A stretch of 48,777 bases of DNA from Candidatus Bathyarchaeia archaeon (GTDB taxonomy: Archaea; Thermoproteota; Bathyarchaeia; Bathyarchaeales; Bathycorpusculaceae), in the NCBI GenBank assembly GCA_049970895.1, contig JBMFMB010000012.1:1-48777 (forward strand), given 5' to 3'. The position numbers and the translations under genes are program-made. Positions 1 to 10,208 of the stretch are shown here, piece by piece (the stretch's first letter is position 1; every line of letters starts with the position of its first letter). The notes under the pieces are model-generated. The model saw only the letters and a list, made by a program, of their open reading frames with translations, was not told where the DNA came from and made no database searches.

Positions 1-8
1 TTTCAGAT

Positions 9-977
9 TTGTATGAAAGGGTTAAGGACTCCGTTGTTGTAGTTCGCGGAGTAACTGTGCAATACGACATTTTCGGCAATCCACACTATACTCAAGTGCT
101 AGGTTCAGGATTCATCTACAACTTTTCCGGGCAAATGGTGACTATTACAAATTATCACGTAACCCAAAACACGATTAATTTGACAGTTACATTTATTAAT
201 GGAAACGGATACGCAGCGAGAGTTATGGGTTCAGACCCTTACGCGGACTTAGCTGTGCTTTCTGTAAACGCCCCTTTGTACGAGTTTAAACCCCTTGAAA
301 TCGCTAGCTCCTCAACGCTTAAAGTTGGCGACATCGTTGTGGCTGTAGGCAACCCATATGGACTGGCAGGATCAATGAGCATTGGCATAGTAAGTGCACT
401 GGGCAGAACAATAACTGAAGAGCAGACTCACGGGTACCCTATTGCCAACGTCATCCAAACAACCGCTCCCTTAAACCCCGGAAATTCCGGAGGACCTCTT
501 CTCAATCTTCAGGGGCAAGTGGTGGGCATAACAACGGCTATCATAAGCGATTCGCAAGGACTGGGCTTTGCGATTCCATCAAGCACTATTTTAAGAGAAG
601 TTGCTTCGCTTGTAACGGTAGGCTATTATGATAAGCATCCATGGCTTGGTGCTATAGGAGTTGACATGACCTATGAAATAGCAAAAGCCATGGGTGTCAA
701 CATCACCTATGGATGGCTAATAACCCAAGTTATAAGCGAAAGCCCAGCAGCCAAGGCAGGTTTAAGAGGGGGTGCGAAACAAGTGCCAATTGCCGGGCAA
801 TACGTGCTCATTGGTGGCGATATTATCGTAGCCATAAACGGAACAAAAATAATCAATGGAGACGCTCTTTCAACATACCTAGAAGAAGAAACAACACCTG
901 GACAAACAGTAAATCTGACGATAGTTAGAGGAAGCCAACCATTAACGGTTGCGTTAACTCTTGGGGCACGTCCATAA
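9..977 (+). CDS. htrA: HtrA/DegP-family trypsin-like serine protease with C-terminal PDZ domain (probably 5'-truncated by the window edge)
   Basis: Catalytic motifs TNYHV, ADLAVL and PGNSGGPL; PDZ-like SPAAKAGL...GDIIVAING; the frame is open back to the window start. Confidence 0.93.
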   Translation: MYERVKDSVVVVRGVTVQYDIFGNPHYTQVLGSGFIYNFSGQMVTITNYHVTQNTINLTVTFINGNGYAARVMGSDPYADLAVLSVNAPLYEFKPLEIASSSTLKVGDIVVAVGNPYGLAGSMSIGIVSALGRTITEEQTHGYPIANVIQTTAPLNPGNSGGPLLNLQGQVVGITTAIISDSQGLGFAIPSSTILREVASLVTVGYYDKHPWLGAIGVDMTYEIAKAMGVNITYGWLITQVISESPAAKAGLRGGAKQVPIAGQYVLIGGDIIVAINGTKIINGDALSTYLEEETTPGQTVNLTIVRGSQPLTVALTLGARP

Positions 978-1172
978 CCTTGCAACCAGTCAGAAACTAG
1001 TCACAACTACTCATAGCAATACAAGCACACCGAAAATTTTGTGTATTCGAAAATTTTTGGATATTTAAATGTTAATCTTTGCGTTAAACTTCATTTAAGT
1101 GTTTGTGAAATGCTTAAATATTTGCTTGGAAATCCCGCTTTATATTGGCTGTTAAAGTGAAGTTGGTAAGAC

Positions 1173-3338
1173 ATGTATGAGTTAACGCCATTTGAGCAAA
1201 CAGCCTTCTATGGCATAATTTGTGTTGCTTTACTTGCCTTATTATATGCCGCCTTTCTGTCCAGACGTGTCTTGAGGGAGCCTAAGGGCCATGGAAAAGT
1301 TGTTGATGTTTGGAATGGAATAATGCGAGGTGCGAATGCCTATTTGAGAAGGCAGTTTAAGTCAGTGATGCTAATTGTTGGCTTTTTAGCTGTTGTTTTA
1401 TATGCTTCAGCTGTCTTTGTAAGTGAGCAAATATCAATTTGTGTTGGTCGGGCTGCAGCCTTCCTTATGGGCGCCTCTTTTTCAGCTCTAGTCGGCTATA
1501 TTGGAATGAACATGGCCGTACATGGCAATATAAGGACAGCGTACGCTGCAAGTAAAGGTTTTAGGGAGGCCCTAAAGGTTGCATATAGATCTGGTACGGT
1601 CACCGGAATGTTAACAGACGGGCTAGGCCTGTTGGGTGGCACATTAATTTTCATGACTTTTCTTAAGAATGCTCCCGAGGTTTTGCTTGGTTTCGGTTTC
1701 GGCGGAACTCTTCTAGCCTTGTTTATGAGGGTTGGTGGTGGAATCTACACTAAGGCTGCAGACGTGGGGGCAGATCTTGTGGGTAAAGTTGAAAAGGGTA
1801 TTCCGGAGGATGACCCCAGAAACGCTGCTGTGATAGCTGATCTTGTAGGAGATAATGTTGGCGACTGCGCAGGCATGGCGGCAGACATCTTTGAATCTTA
1901 TGAGGTTACCATGGTTTCTGCAATGTTGCTTGCACTGGCAATTAAGCCTTTCGATTATAAGTGGGTTGTTTTTCCACTTTTAGTTAGAGCCATTGGCGTG
2001 CTAAGCACTATTGTTGGAACATACATGGTTTCATTTTGGCCTGAAAAATTGACGAAGGGCGACGCCTTTAGGGCTATGGATCTTTCTTATGATTTATCAT
2101 CGGTGATCACTATGATTAGCACGTTCTTTTTGGCTTATTTCTATGTTCATGATTTAAGAGTGTTTTTGGCGGTAGTTATGGGAGTACTACTTGCAATGAG
2201 CTTTAACAAGCTTGCAGAGTACTTTACGAGCCCAAATAGAAAACCAGTTGAGCAAGTTGCAGAATCCTCTAAAAAAGGCGCTGCATTATTGTTGCTGAAA
2301 GGAATCGCGTTGGGTTTTGAAAGCACAGTTTACGTTTTAATATTGATCGTTGCGACAATCGTTGTCTCCGTTGTGTTATTTACAGGTATGAGTCCATTAT
2401 TTGCCATGTATAGTGTTGCCTTGGCTGGAATTGGCATGCTCACACATACCGGAAACAACGTTTCAATGGACTCATTCGGCCCAATAGCCGATAATGCCTC
2501 AGGTATAGCGGAACTAGCGAGGGTTGAAGATGAAGAACAGAGAAAGATCTTGGCGAAGCTTGATGAAGCAGGCAACACAACCAAGGCCGTGACAAAAGCT
2601 ATAGCTATCGCTTCTGCTGTTTTGGCGGCAATTTCACTTTTTGCATCCTACGCTCAATCGTTAGGCACCGGTGGAACAGTGGTTCTAGACATATCTGAAC
2701 CTGAGGTATTTGCAGGCTTGCTACTTGGTGGAGCCGTACCCTTCCTTTTCAGTTCTTTGTCCATAGACGCCGTTGAACGTGCAGCATCAAAGGTTATTGA
2801 AGAAGTTAGGGAACAGTTTAAGGTTCCAGGCGTAATGGAAGGAAAAACAAATCCAGACTATGCCAAAGTTGTTTCAATTGTAACGATGGCAGCGCAAAAA
2901 GAGCTCCTTGTATTGGCTCTAGTTGGAGTGCTGGCTCCAATAATTACCGGTCTAATTTTAGGCGAATTAGCCTTAGGAGCCTTCCTAGCAGGAGTTATAC
3001 TTGTTGGACAGCTTCTAGCCGTGTTTATGGCCAACGCTGGGGCTGCATGGGACAATGCGAAAAAAAGAATTGAAGAAGGGCTTTACGGCGGAAAAGGCTC
3101 TGAACAACATAAGGCTTCAGTTATAGGAGACACTGTTGGGGATCCATTAAAAGACACGGCAGGACCAGCTCTGAACCCAATGATTAAAGTTATAAACCTA
3201 GTAAGTCTCATTTTTGCACCACTTATTATGAAATTTAGGCAAAATACACTTTTATCTTTAACGTTAAGCTTGGTTCTCATCGCAATACTGGCGATTGCGG
3301 TGATACATAGCAAAAGGGAACGCTACAGCTATGATTAA
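1173..3338 (+). CDS. hppA: Membrane-bound ion-translocating pyrophosphatase, K+-independent type (copy 1)
   Basis: [22 protein letters not shown] and [10 protein letters not shown] motifs; GNTTKA has Lys at the K+-dependence position; many TM segments. Confidence 0.96.
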   Translation: MYELTPFEQTAFYGIICVALLALLYAAFLSRRVLREPKGHGKVVDVWNGIMRGANAYLRRQFKSVMLIVGFLAVVLYASAVFVSEQISICVGRAAAFLMGASFSALVGYIGMNMAVHGNIRTAYAASKGFREALKVAYRSGTVTGMLTDGLGLLGGTLIFMTFLKNAPEVLLGFGFGGTLLALFMRVGGGIYTKAADVGADLVGKVEKGIPEDDPRNAAVIADLVGDNVGDCAGMAADIFESYEVTMVSAMLLALAIKPFDYKWVVFPLLVRAIGVLSTIVGTYMVSFWPEKLTKGDAFRAMDLSYDLSSVITMISTFFLAYFYVHDLRVFLAVVMGVLLAMSFNKLAEYFTSPNRKPVEQVAESSKKGAALLLLKGIALGFESTVYVLILIVATIVVSVVLFTGMSPLFAMYSVALAGIGMLTHTGNNVSMDSFGPIADNASGIAELARVEDEEQRKILAKLDEAGNTTKAVTKAIAIASAVLAAISLFASYAQSLGTGGTVVLDISEPEVFAGLLLGGAVPFLFSSLSIDAVERAASKVIEEVREQFKVPGVMEGKTNPDYAKVVSIVTMAAQKELLVLALVGVLAPIITGLILGELALGAFLAGVILVGQLLAVFMANAGAAWDNAKKRIEEGLYGGKGSEQHKASVIGDTVGDPLKDTAGPALNPMIKVINLVSLIFAPLIMKFRQNTLLSLTLSLVLIAILAIAVIHSKRERYSYD

Positions 3339-3344
3339 AACCTT

Positions 3345-4030
3345 TTACATGAAAAGAAGCTGGCCTGAAGACGGCGGAGGTGGAGGAGGCAGAAGATTAA
3401 GCATCTGCAAAAAGTTCCCTAAGATTACAGAAATTAATGGTGAAGGTAGAATTGTGTAGCCTCCAGGTGGAGGCTTCGCTGGAATCGCCATAGCCATGCC
3501 AACAGCCATAACCAAGGTTGCGACAAGAAATCCTGCTATTGGACCGCTTGACCCGATATCAAATAATGCATCCCTATTTGCTGGCAACTCCCTTTGAACA
3601 ATCACAGCCCCAAAAGTCCCGAAAGGAGGTGGCCCTGGAATGAAGTATGGAAATGTCCCTTCACCCCTCTTTTCATAGCAGCCGGTCTGTGGCCCATCTC
3701 GTGAACCCCTATAACTGCCATGATTGCGAGAGTAAATGCTGCTCCGCCAACAACGGATCAGTTAAGCCCTCTGAAAGAAGGCATCCTACAGCAAAAGTTG
3801 TTCCAACAGTAGCCAAAAATAAAAACAAATTCATCATGACGTTACTTCCTTTAACAGAAGGTTGAGGAACAACCTTCAAAACTAAACGGTTATCAACTCT
3901 CCGCAGTACAGCTACATAATTAATTTCTTCCGGCTTCTTAAGAAGATTAAGAAACGCAGTCTTAGTTTCCTGAGGTTGCTTGAGGTAAATATGTATGGAT
4001 ACCCGCTCCATCAAAGACTCCTCAATCTGA
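3345..4030 (-). pseudogene. Site-2 protease (M50 family) remnant, frameshifted and 3'-truncated
   Basis: Pieces in different frames: NLFLFLATVGTT, VHEMGH, PYFIPGPPPFGTFGAVI, NRDALFDIGSSGPIAG; the C-terminal NxxP/DG region is missing. Confidence 0.85.
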
Positions 4031-4135
4031 AAAACGATATAACCAAAGATGTTATTAGTTCAAAATTCGCTTGAACATTTTCAAAAATTCATGGAAAGTT
4101 TTGCTCATGTTCTGTTCTCTCAAGTCTGGAGCATC

Positions 4136-4886
4136 CTATTCTATAATTCTTTTAAAGCTTATTGATGCTATGACAAACATTACAGCGTCAAAGATTGCTA
4201 TTGCCGCCAAATCCAATAGGAGGTTTGAAATATCTCCGGTGATTAGTAGGCCTCTTACTGCGTCGACAACGTAGCTTAGTGGGTTGAATGTTGAAAATTC
4301 TCGTAGTATTGGGGGCATCATTTGAATTGGGTATAGGGCGTTGCTTGCAAAGAAAAGCGGCATTATTATGGCTTGGCCTATGCCCATAAACCTTTCACGT
4401 GTTTTCATGAAGGATGCGACAGGTATTGATATGGCTGCAAACCCGCCTGAGGCGAAGAAGATTATTGTGAAGGCTAGGATGAAGTATGCTGGGTTTGGTA
4501 TAAAACGCACTCCAATTAATAGGGCTATGGGCAGAATTATTAGGGCTTGGAATAGTGCCCTAACGCCTGAAGCCATAGAGCGGCCTATAACCATAGAATA
4601 GCGTGAGGCCGGTGTCACAAGCAGTTTCTTCAAAATGCCGGAATCCCGCTCCCAAACCATCATCAACCCGTAAAATATGCTTACGAAAGTTGTTGTCTGA
4701 ATCATTACACCAGGAGTTATGAAGTCTGTGTACGGCACACCGCTGGTAGGTATAGCCTTAACACTGCTCATAACAGGCCCATATATGACTATCCACAAGA
4801 TTGGCTGAACAGCCCTAAAGTAGATTTCCGTCCTGTCATGGCGAAGTCTCCTCAATCATAACCAGCATGTTTTTAAAGCCTTCCAT
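4136..4886 (-). CDS. ABC-2 type exporter permease (N-terminus out of frame near 4855; possibly a pseudogene)
   Basis: WERDSGILKKLLVTP, PLFFASNALYP and NPLSYVVDAVR motifs; the natural ATG at 4886 is not in frame with the 4136-4855 ORF. Confidence 0.85.
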
Positions 4887-4892
4887 AATGTT

Positions 4893-5547
4893 TCATCCCT
4901 TCCTAATCATGTAACGCATATGCCTAACATCACTAATTCTGCCTTTCTCTTCAAGTCTTATTCCAGCATATTTAAGGAAAACATCATCGAGAGTTGGCTT
5001 AGTTATAGAAATCTTATCAACTGATATTTCCTCACTCTTTAAAAACCAATAGTTGGTTCATCCAGAAACATTATTTTAGGCTTTATAAGCATGGCACAGG
5101 CTATTTCAAGCCTCCTTATCATCCCGCCGGAATACGTTTTCACCAAATCATCCTTCACGTTGGTTAAGCCCATATGTTCCAACACATCATCAATAATTTT
5201 CCCTCCTCACTGGATGGTAAACCGAAGATTTTAGAATAAATTAAAAGGTTTTCATATCCATATCCGCTAATATCTATCCAAACACTCATCTCTTGGGGAA
5301 CATAACTTATTAGCCTCCGAACTTTGTTGCCATGGCGAACAACGTCCAATCCGAAAACATACGCCTCCCCAGAAGTAGGTCTAATCTGAGTTGTCAAAAT
5401 ACGCATAAGCGTGGTTTTTCCGGCACCATTCGGACCCAAGAGTGCAAAAGCCTTTCCAGCCTCAACAGTTAAATCTACGCCATCTAAAGCCCTAACCTTT
5501 CCATCATAAACCTTTACAAGGCCGTTAACCTGAACAGCAAAGTCCAT
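4893..5547 (-). pseudogene. DrrA-like ABC ATP-binding subunit, frameshifted with a large internal deletion
   Basis: Walker A GPNGAGKTT; after a shift near 5200, YSGGMIRRLEIA...FLDEPTIG joins directly to the C-terminal KPTLDDVFLKYAG, so the H-loop region is missing. Confidence 0.88.
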
Positions 5548-5650
5548 ATCTGGTCACCTTTAAATAACCAATAAGCCTACAAACACCAGCTTAAAAACTT
5601 TACATAACAAACAACTGAGCATCAAAATAAAGACATAAAAGTGTTAGAAC

Positions 5651-6041
5651 ATGAGAGCAGACATAACTGTTTCCATAAACCAAAAACTCTTAGAAGCCGT
5701 TCTAACTCACGCAAAAAGGCTACATCCAAGAGAAACCATTTTTCTCCTCCGCGGAAAAAGAAGGGGGGAATCAGATCGAGATATCTGAGCTTATAGTCCC
5801 ACCTCTGGCCATTTATGGGCATGGATTTGCAAACATTCCAACCCGCATGCTGCCAATAGATTTCTCCTTAATTGGAACCGGGCATTCACATCCTTCAGGA
5901 AATCTGTCACCCTCACCCGTAGATTTGAACAACTTTTTGGGAAGCATATTAATGCTTGTAGCCTATCCATACACAGACAAGAACATCGCAGTATACAACC
6001 ATAATGGCGAAAAACTAACATTAAAAATTGAAAACGCATAA
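5651..6041 (+). pseudogene. JAB/MPN+ (JAMM) metalloprotease with one extra base in a G6 run at 5763-5768
   Basis: ATG5651 MRADITV...HPRETIFLLRG; removing one G joins it to IVPPLAIYGHGF...GTGHSHPSGNLSPSPVD (E...HxH...S..D JAMM motif). Confidence 0.85.
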
Positions 6042-6144
6042 TTACACATGTTCAAAAATCGTTAAACATTCATGTCTGACAGACGCATTATAGTCTAAAC
6101 GAAAGAAAAGTTTAATATTTTAAAGGCTAAAGAATTGGTAAGGT

Positions 6145-6372
6145 GTGGTTTTGTTGTATCTGTTTGTGCAACTTCCTTCGGTGTATGAATTGGCACTTCT
6201 TTTGATGCTGCTTGTTCTGGGAATTCTCATAATTATTTTGGTTGTTAAAATTTTGCTTTTTATTTTGCCAGCCGCAATAATTGCTGTAGTAGTTTGGTTC
6301 CTAACGGGAAGCCTTTTCTGGGCCGGAGTTGCATTTTTAATTGTGGCTTTTGTATCTTTGCTAAAGCGGTAA
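6145..6372 (+). CDS. Small hydrophobic membrane protein
   Basis: 75 aa, almost entirely hydrophobic, basic C-terminus; TTTAATA TATA-like box upstream. Confidence 0.7.
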   Translation: MVLLYLFVQLPSVYELALLLMLLVLGILIIILVVKILLFILPAAIIAVVVWFLTGSLFWAGVAFLIVAFVSLLKR

Positions 6373-6599
6373 TCTGTATTGCTAAGTCAAGCTTGATAGT
6401 CGTTTACATGGTAGCTGTCATTACCTATACTTTGCCTTAAGGTTTACGAGGGGATTCTCCCATCAAAAATGCCAGAATCTAGCAGAACCGGGTTTAAATG
6501 AGATTGGCTGTTGGATACTGCGCTTTAGCCTTCAGTGGTTAAAATGTTATGATAAAAATGAGAAAAAGGTTTTAGCTGAAAGAAGATTTTGCTAGATGT

Positions 6600-7253
6600 C
6601 TATGTTTGAATTTTTTCTGGTGATGGTGGTGTTGGAAGTATTGCTGGAAGTTCTGGAAGTTTCTCTTTGATTTTTTGTTCGGCTACTGCGGCTGCTTCTG
6701 TTAGGATTTTTTGGGCGTCTTCATTGGCTGTTTCAAAGTTTATGGTTAAACCTGTTGTTTGTCCAGCCTCCATTATTATTCCGCTTAGCATGTCGCCTAT
6801 CTCGCCTAGTTCAGAGTCAGCCTCTGGCATGAAGCTTGAAAGTCCAGCTCTTACGGATTTTAGAACGCCTACTGCAGGTGCTAGTGTTGTTATGACGTCC
6901 CCAAGTTCGGTTACTGTCCGTAGCCTAAGCGCTACCTGTTCAAGGGCAAGCCTAGCGTTCATTATTATTTTTTCCATTTTCCGTATTTCAGCCAATTCGT
7001 TTGCGAAGACTTTTGCGTGTTCCATGTCATGCTTTGTATAGGCATCCACAATCTTGGCGAATATTGACTTGTCCCTTTGGCTGAACCTCTCGCTCGCTTG
7101 ATCTAGCTTATGGATTTGTAGTTCTATGCGGCGGACAGCCATGTCAAGCCGTGGCTTCAATGGTGGCGGCGGCCTAACAGTCTCCTTAATGCGTGTTGTT
7201 AAGGGTTGATCAGCATGCTTCCCTTCCCATCTTTTAACAAAACGTTCAGACAT
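6600..7253 (-). CDS. cdvB: ESCRT-III / Snf7-family protein (CdvB1/B2-like)
   Basis: Helical core with AKVFANELAEIRK, LALEQVALRLRTVTELGD and EDAQKILTEAA; C-terminal LPELP MIM2-like motif. Confidence 0.88.
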   Translation of the reverse strand: MSERFVKRWEGKHADQPLTTRIKETVRPPPPLKPRLDMAVRRIELQIHKLDQASERFSQRDKSIFAKIVDAYTKHDMEHAKVFANELAEIRKMEKIIMNARLALEQVALRLRTVTELGDVITTLAPAVGVLKSVRAGLSSFMPEADSELGEIGDMLSGIIMEAGQTTGLTINFETANEDAQKILTEAAAVAEQKIKEKLPELPAILPTPPSPEKIQT

Positions 7254-7467
7254 ATTATCATCCTCGAATGACTAGTTCAACGCGTCAACTCTTATGCATT
7301 GCTAACATGCACAAAACATGCATGGCTATACAAGCGTATTAGACGCCTTTTTTAATGTTTAATTTTCCATTGAAAGATAAATCTAAATTTTATTGATAAT
7401 AGGCATGAACTTGTAGGTTAAGCCTAAAAAGAGAGCTTTGACAAGCCTTGCTTAAGGAGGGTTCGAA

Positions 7468-7686
7468 ATGGCTGAAAGGTTTAAAGTCTTGGCGTTTGTA
7501 GCTTTTCTAGGGTTTATAGCAGGCATCATAGCCGACTTAACAGCTGAGTACGTGCTTCCAAAACTCTTAGAGATATTGCCCGAAATTTTTAGGGTGAGAT
7601 ATATCCTTTCGGGGTTAGTTGGAGCAGTTCTAGCACTAATCCTAGTGGCTATATGGGCTTATGCCACAAAACCAACAGAAGCCTAA
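7468..7686 (+). CDS. Small two-TM membrane protein, divergent from cdvB
   Basis: Two hydrophobic segments; GGAGG RBS upstream. Confidence 0.75.
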   Translation: MAERFKVLAFVAFLGFIAGIIADLTAEYVLPKLLEILPEIFRVRYILSGLVGAVLALILVAIWAYATKPTEA

Positions 7687-7775
7687 CATAATCAGAGCGT
7701 TGCAGACCATGATAGCCGTAGTTGTATGAGTACATAATGAAGAAATTTTGTTGAGTTTTACGGTGGTTCCCAGCT

Positions 7776-8963
7776 ATGTGGCGCGTTGGGTTCTTCTTTC
7801 ATGAGATGTCTTTTGGCTTACTTTCCATTTTCCTTCCACTATATATTGTTAGTGTTGGCGGTTCTCTGCTTGATGTGGGTTTGATGGCCTCAGTTGCTAT
7901 TCTTTTGGCTATTCCGGCGTCCCTTTTCTGGGGTTATGTTTGCGATAAAAGAGGCAAGTATAAGCGTTACATCTTAATCTCGTTTCTTGCATCTTCAACT
8001 CTACTGTATTTTTTCACGTTTACAAGGAACATAGGCTTGTTTATAATTCTTTATGGGGTTATGGCCGTTTTTCACGTTGCACATGAGCCGCCTAAAAACG
8101 TGTTGATAGCTGAACTTTATTCGCGTAATGAGTGGGAGAAATCATTTGCTTTTTATGAAGGATTCACCGAAATAGGCTGGCTTATAGGGCTGGTTTTAGG
8201 AATGTTTATTTCTTTAATCGGTTTCAATTCAAGCACAACGTTATTACTGTGTAGTGGCTTAAACTTTTTAGCCTTCGCCCTATCCCTATTTTTAGTTTCC
8301 GATCCACCGCTAATTTTTGAAAGGGGACTAGTGCGTATAGAAAGGAGTATAGACTTCACTTTCAGAGGTCTAACGGTTGCTTCAAAAGTTTTGGATGGAT
8401 TACATGTTTCTGGAAGCCTAGCGGAAGAAAACCTCACACTTTTCTGTGGAGGCTTAGTGCTTTTCGTGTTTGCCACAAGCACACTGTTCACACCGTTACC
8501 AATATTTTTGGCCCAAAACTTACAGCTAACCACAAGCATGGTTTACGCCCTTTACGTTTTAAACTCAGGCGCAGGAGTAATAGGCTATTTTCTGGCAAGC
8601 AATAGAATTGAAGTTCATGAAGAGAAGATGCATCTGCAAAAGATTGTTATGATTAGGAGCATTCTAGCCTTTCTCTTAGCGATATTTACTATTCTAAGCA
8701 TTCAAACAGTGACAATGTTTGCTTCGGTTTTAGTTTTAATGGGTTTTGCATACGCCTTATACCATGTTTGCGTCCTTTCTCTATCAATGGAGCTTATCCC
8801 GCCGGGAAAAGCAGGCTTATTCGACGCCCTTATAGGTTTAGGTAGCGCCGCAGGAGCTTACCTAGGGCCTTTCATAGCCCAAACCTTCAATTTCATATAT
8901 GCGTTCATCCTATCAGGAGCAACATTCCTTTTGGCGTACATATCCTTTAAAGCCTCCTCTTAA
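7776..8963 (+). CDS. MFS transporter
   Basis: About 12 TM segments; motif-A-like WGYVCDKRGKYKR. Confidence 0.88.
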   Translation: MWRVGFFFHEMSFGLLSIFLPLYIVSVGGSLLDVGLMASVAILLAIPASLFWGYVCDKRGKYKRYILISFLASSTLLYFFTFTRNIGLFIILYGVMAVFHVAHEPPKNVLIAELYSRNEWEKSFAFYEGFTEIGWLIGLVLGMFISLIGFNSSTTLLLCSGLNFLAFALSLFLVSDPPLIFERGLVRIERSIDFTFRGLTVASKVLDGLHVSGSLAEENLTLFCGGLVLFVFATSTLFTPLPIFLAQNLQLTTSMVYALYVLNSGAGVIGYFLASNRIEVHEEKMHLQKIVMIRSILAFLLAIFTILSIQTVTMFASVLVLMGFAYALYHVCVLSLSMELIPPGKAGLFDALIGLGSAAGAYLGPFIAQTFNFIYAFILSGATFLLAYISFKASS

Positions 8964-9049
8964 AATCGTTAAAAGCATAGATGAGCATCGCTAATAAATC
9001 TCTAACTTTAACGTGCCATTCATTTGTAATTAGAATTATAGGCTTACCT

Positions 9050-9680
9050 TCAGCCTCTGTTGTGCTGTAAGCAATACAGCATACGTGGAGGTAAAAGTAA
9101 GCCGAATGGCACTATCGCGGCTTTCCCTATAGATTTATGTGCGCAGCTTTTGTCTGGCGCGTAGGTTGCCAAAACAATTTTTCCACGCTTTGAAGCAAAC
9201 GCTGAAAGACATAAACAAACCTTGACGAATAAATCCTGAGCCTCAGTTTTCGGAATATCCCTTATCCAAGAAAAGCTGAGATATTTCAGGGAACAAAAAC
9301 TAGACTGCATCACATTTATCTAAAAAGCCATCAAGCTTCTCTAAAATCAAAGCGGATAGCTGGTATGCTTTAAAGGCCCTGAAACATAAATCCTTTCTAA
9401 AACATAACGCGGGTCCAAACCAAAGCCACAGCGACCTCAGCTGCCAAGTACGGATTAAAAGAGTTTCCGCCATCCACGAAAACAACGTGCGAACCTAAAC
9501 CGCCCTTTTCAGTAGGCATAACACCGCGGACGCACAACACAAAACCAATTGTGGAGGCTTCACCCCCCACAAAGCACTCCAAAATCTCCAGCCTCAAAAC
9601 CCGGAAATACATAGTTCACTCCACCGATGCGAGAGAAAGACGCCTAACCCCTTCAGCCGACAAAACAGACAAGCCCAAAC
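9050..9680 (-). pseudogene. Degenerate RecA/Rad51-like ATPase remnant
   Basis: GGLGSHVVFVDGGNSFNPY in one frame; further fragments (DIPKTEAQDLF, IVLATY) in other frames with stops. Confidence 0.55.
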
Positions 9681-9820
9681 AACCAACCGCTGGTAAGAAA
9701 TAAAGACTTAAAAAGGGTAGTTAAACATTTACACGAGCAATATTATCCTCACCTCGGAGAGATCAGTAAAAATGAATAACTTACGAACCACTTGAGACAA
9801 AAACATCAAAGTGCGAAGTG

Positions 9821-9844
9821 TTCGGTTACACATTACTAACAGAG
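9821..9844 (+). repeat. Imperfect dyad TTCGGTTA-CACATTAC-TAACAGAG; candidate recombination site, copy 1
   Basis: The 16-mer ttcggttacacattac (9821-9836) is identical to 34333-34348; inverted arms flank an 8-bp spacer. Confidence 0.5.
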
Positions 9845-9901
9845 GAACGCGCTGTTCAGTAAATAAAATGGGGGAATAGTAATTGGTTGATTTGTCAAAA
9901 G

Positions 9902-9982
9902 TTATTGGCATGTTGTTTTGCTTTCTTCAGCTTTCTTTTCCTCAGCTTTCTCTTCAGCCTTCTTCTTTCCCTTCTTAGGCAT
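9902..9982 (-). CDS. 26-aa Lys/Glu-rich microprotein MPKKGKKKAEEKAEEKKAEESKTTCQ
   Basis: GGAGG 9 nt before the ATG; AEE repeats; degenerate homolog at 34403-34481; below the ORF-track cutoff. Confidence 0.6.
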   Translation of the reverse strand: MPKKGKKKAEEKAEEKKAEESKTTCQ

Positions 9983-10208
9983 ACACATCATCCTCCTTAT
10001 CTTGAACGGAGCCTAGGGTGTTAGGACCCCAAAATCGCGCTACACACCACATGCCTAAAAACTTTGCTGTAAAGCCGAGTTTCTCTGGAAGGTTTATTTG
10101 AAGATGTGAAGTTAATGTAGTGTTTTAGAGGTAGCCTTTTTAGGCTGGATGTTTATTTATTAGGGCCTAAGTGGAGATGAGGATTGCGGAGTAAGGAATG
10201 TGTGACGG

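Noticed and set aside
6373-6599. Possible ncRNA between the membrane gene and cdvB
   Set aside because: No convincing stems or known RNA motif found by eye.
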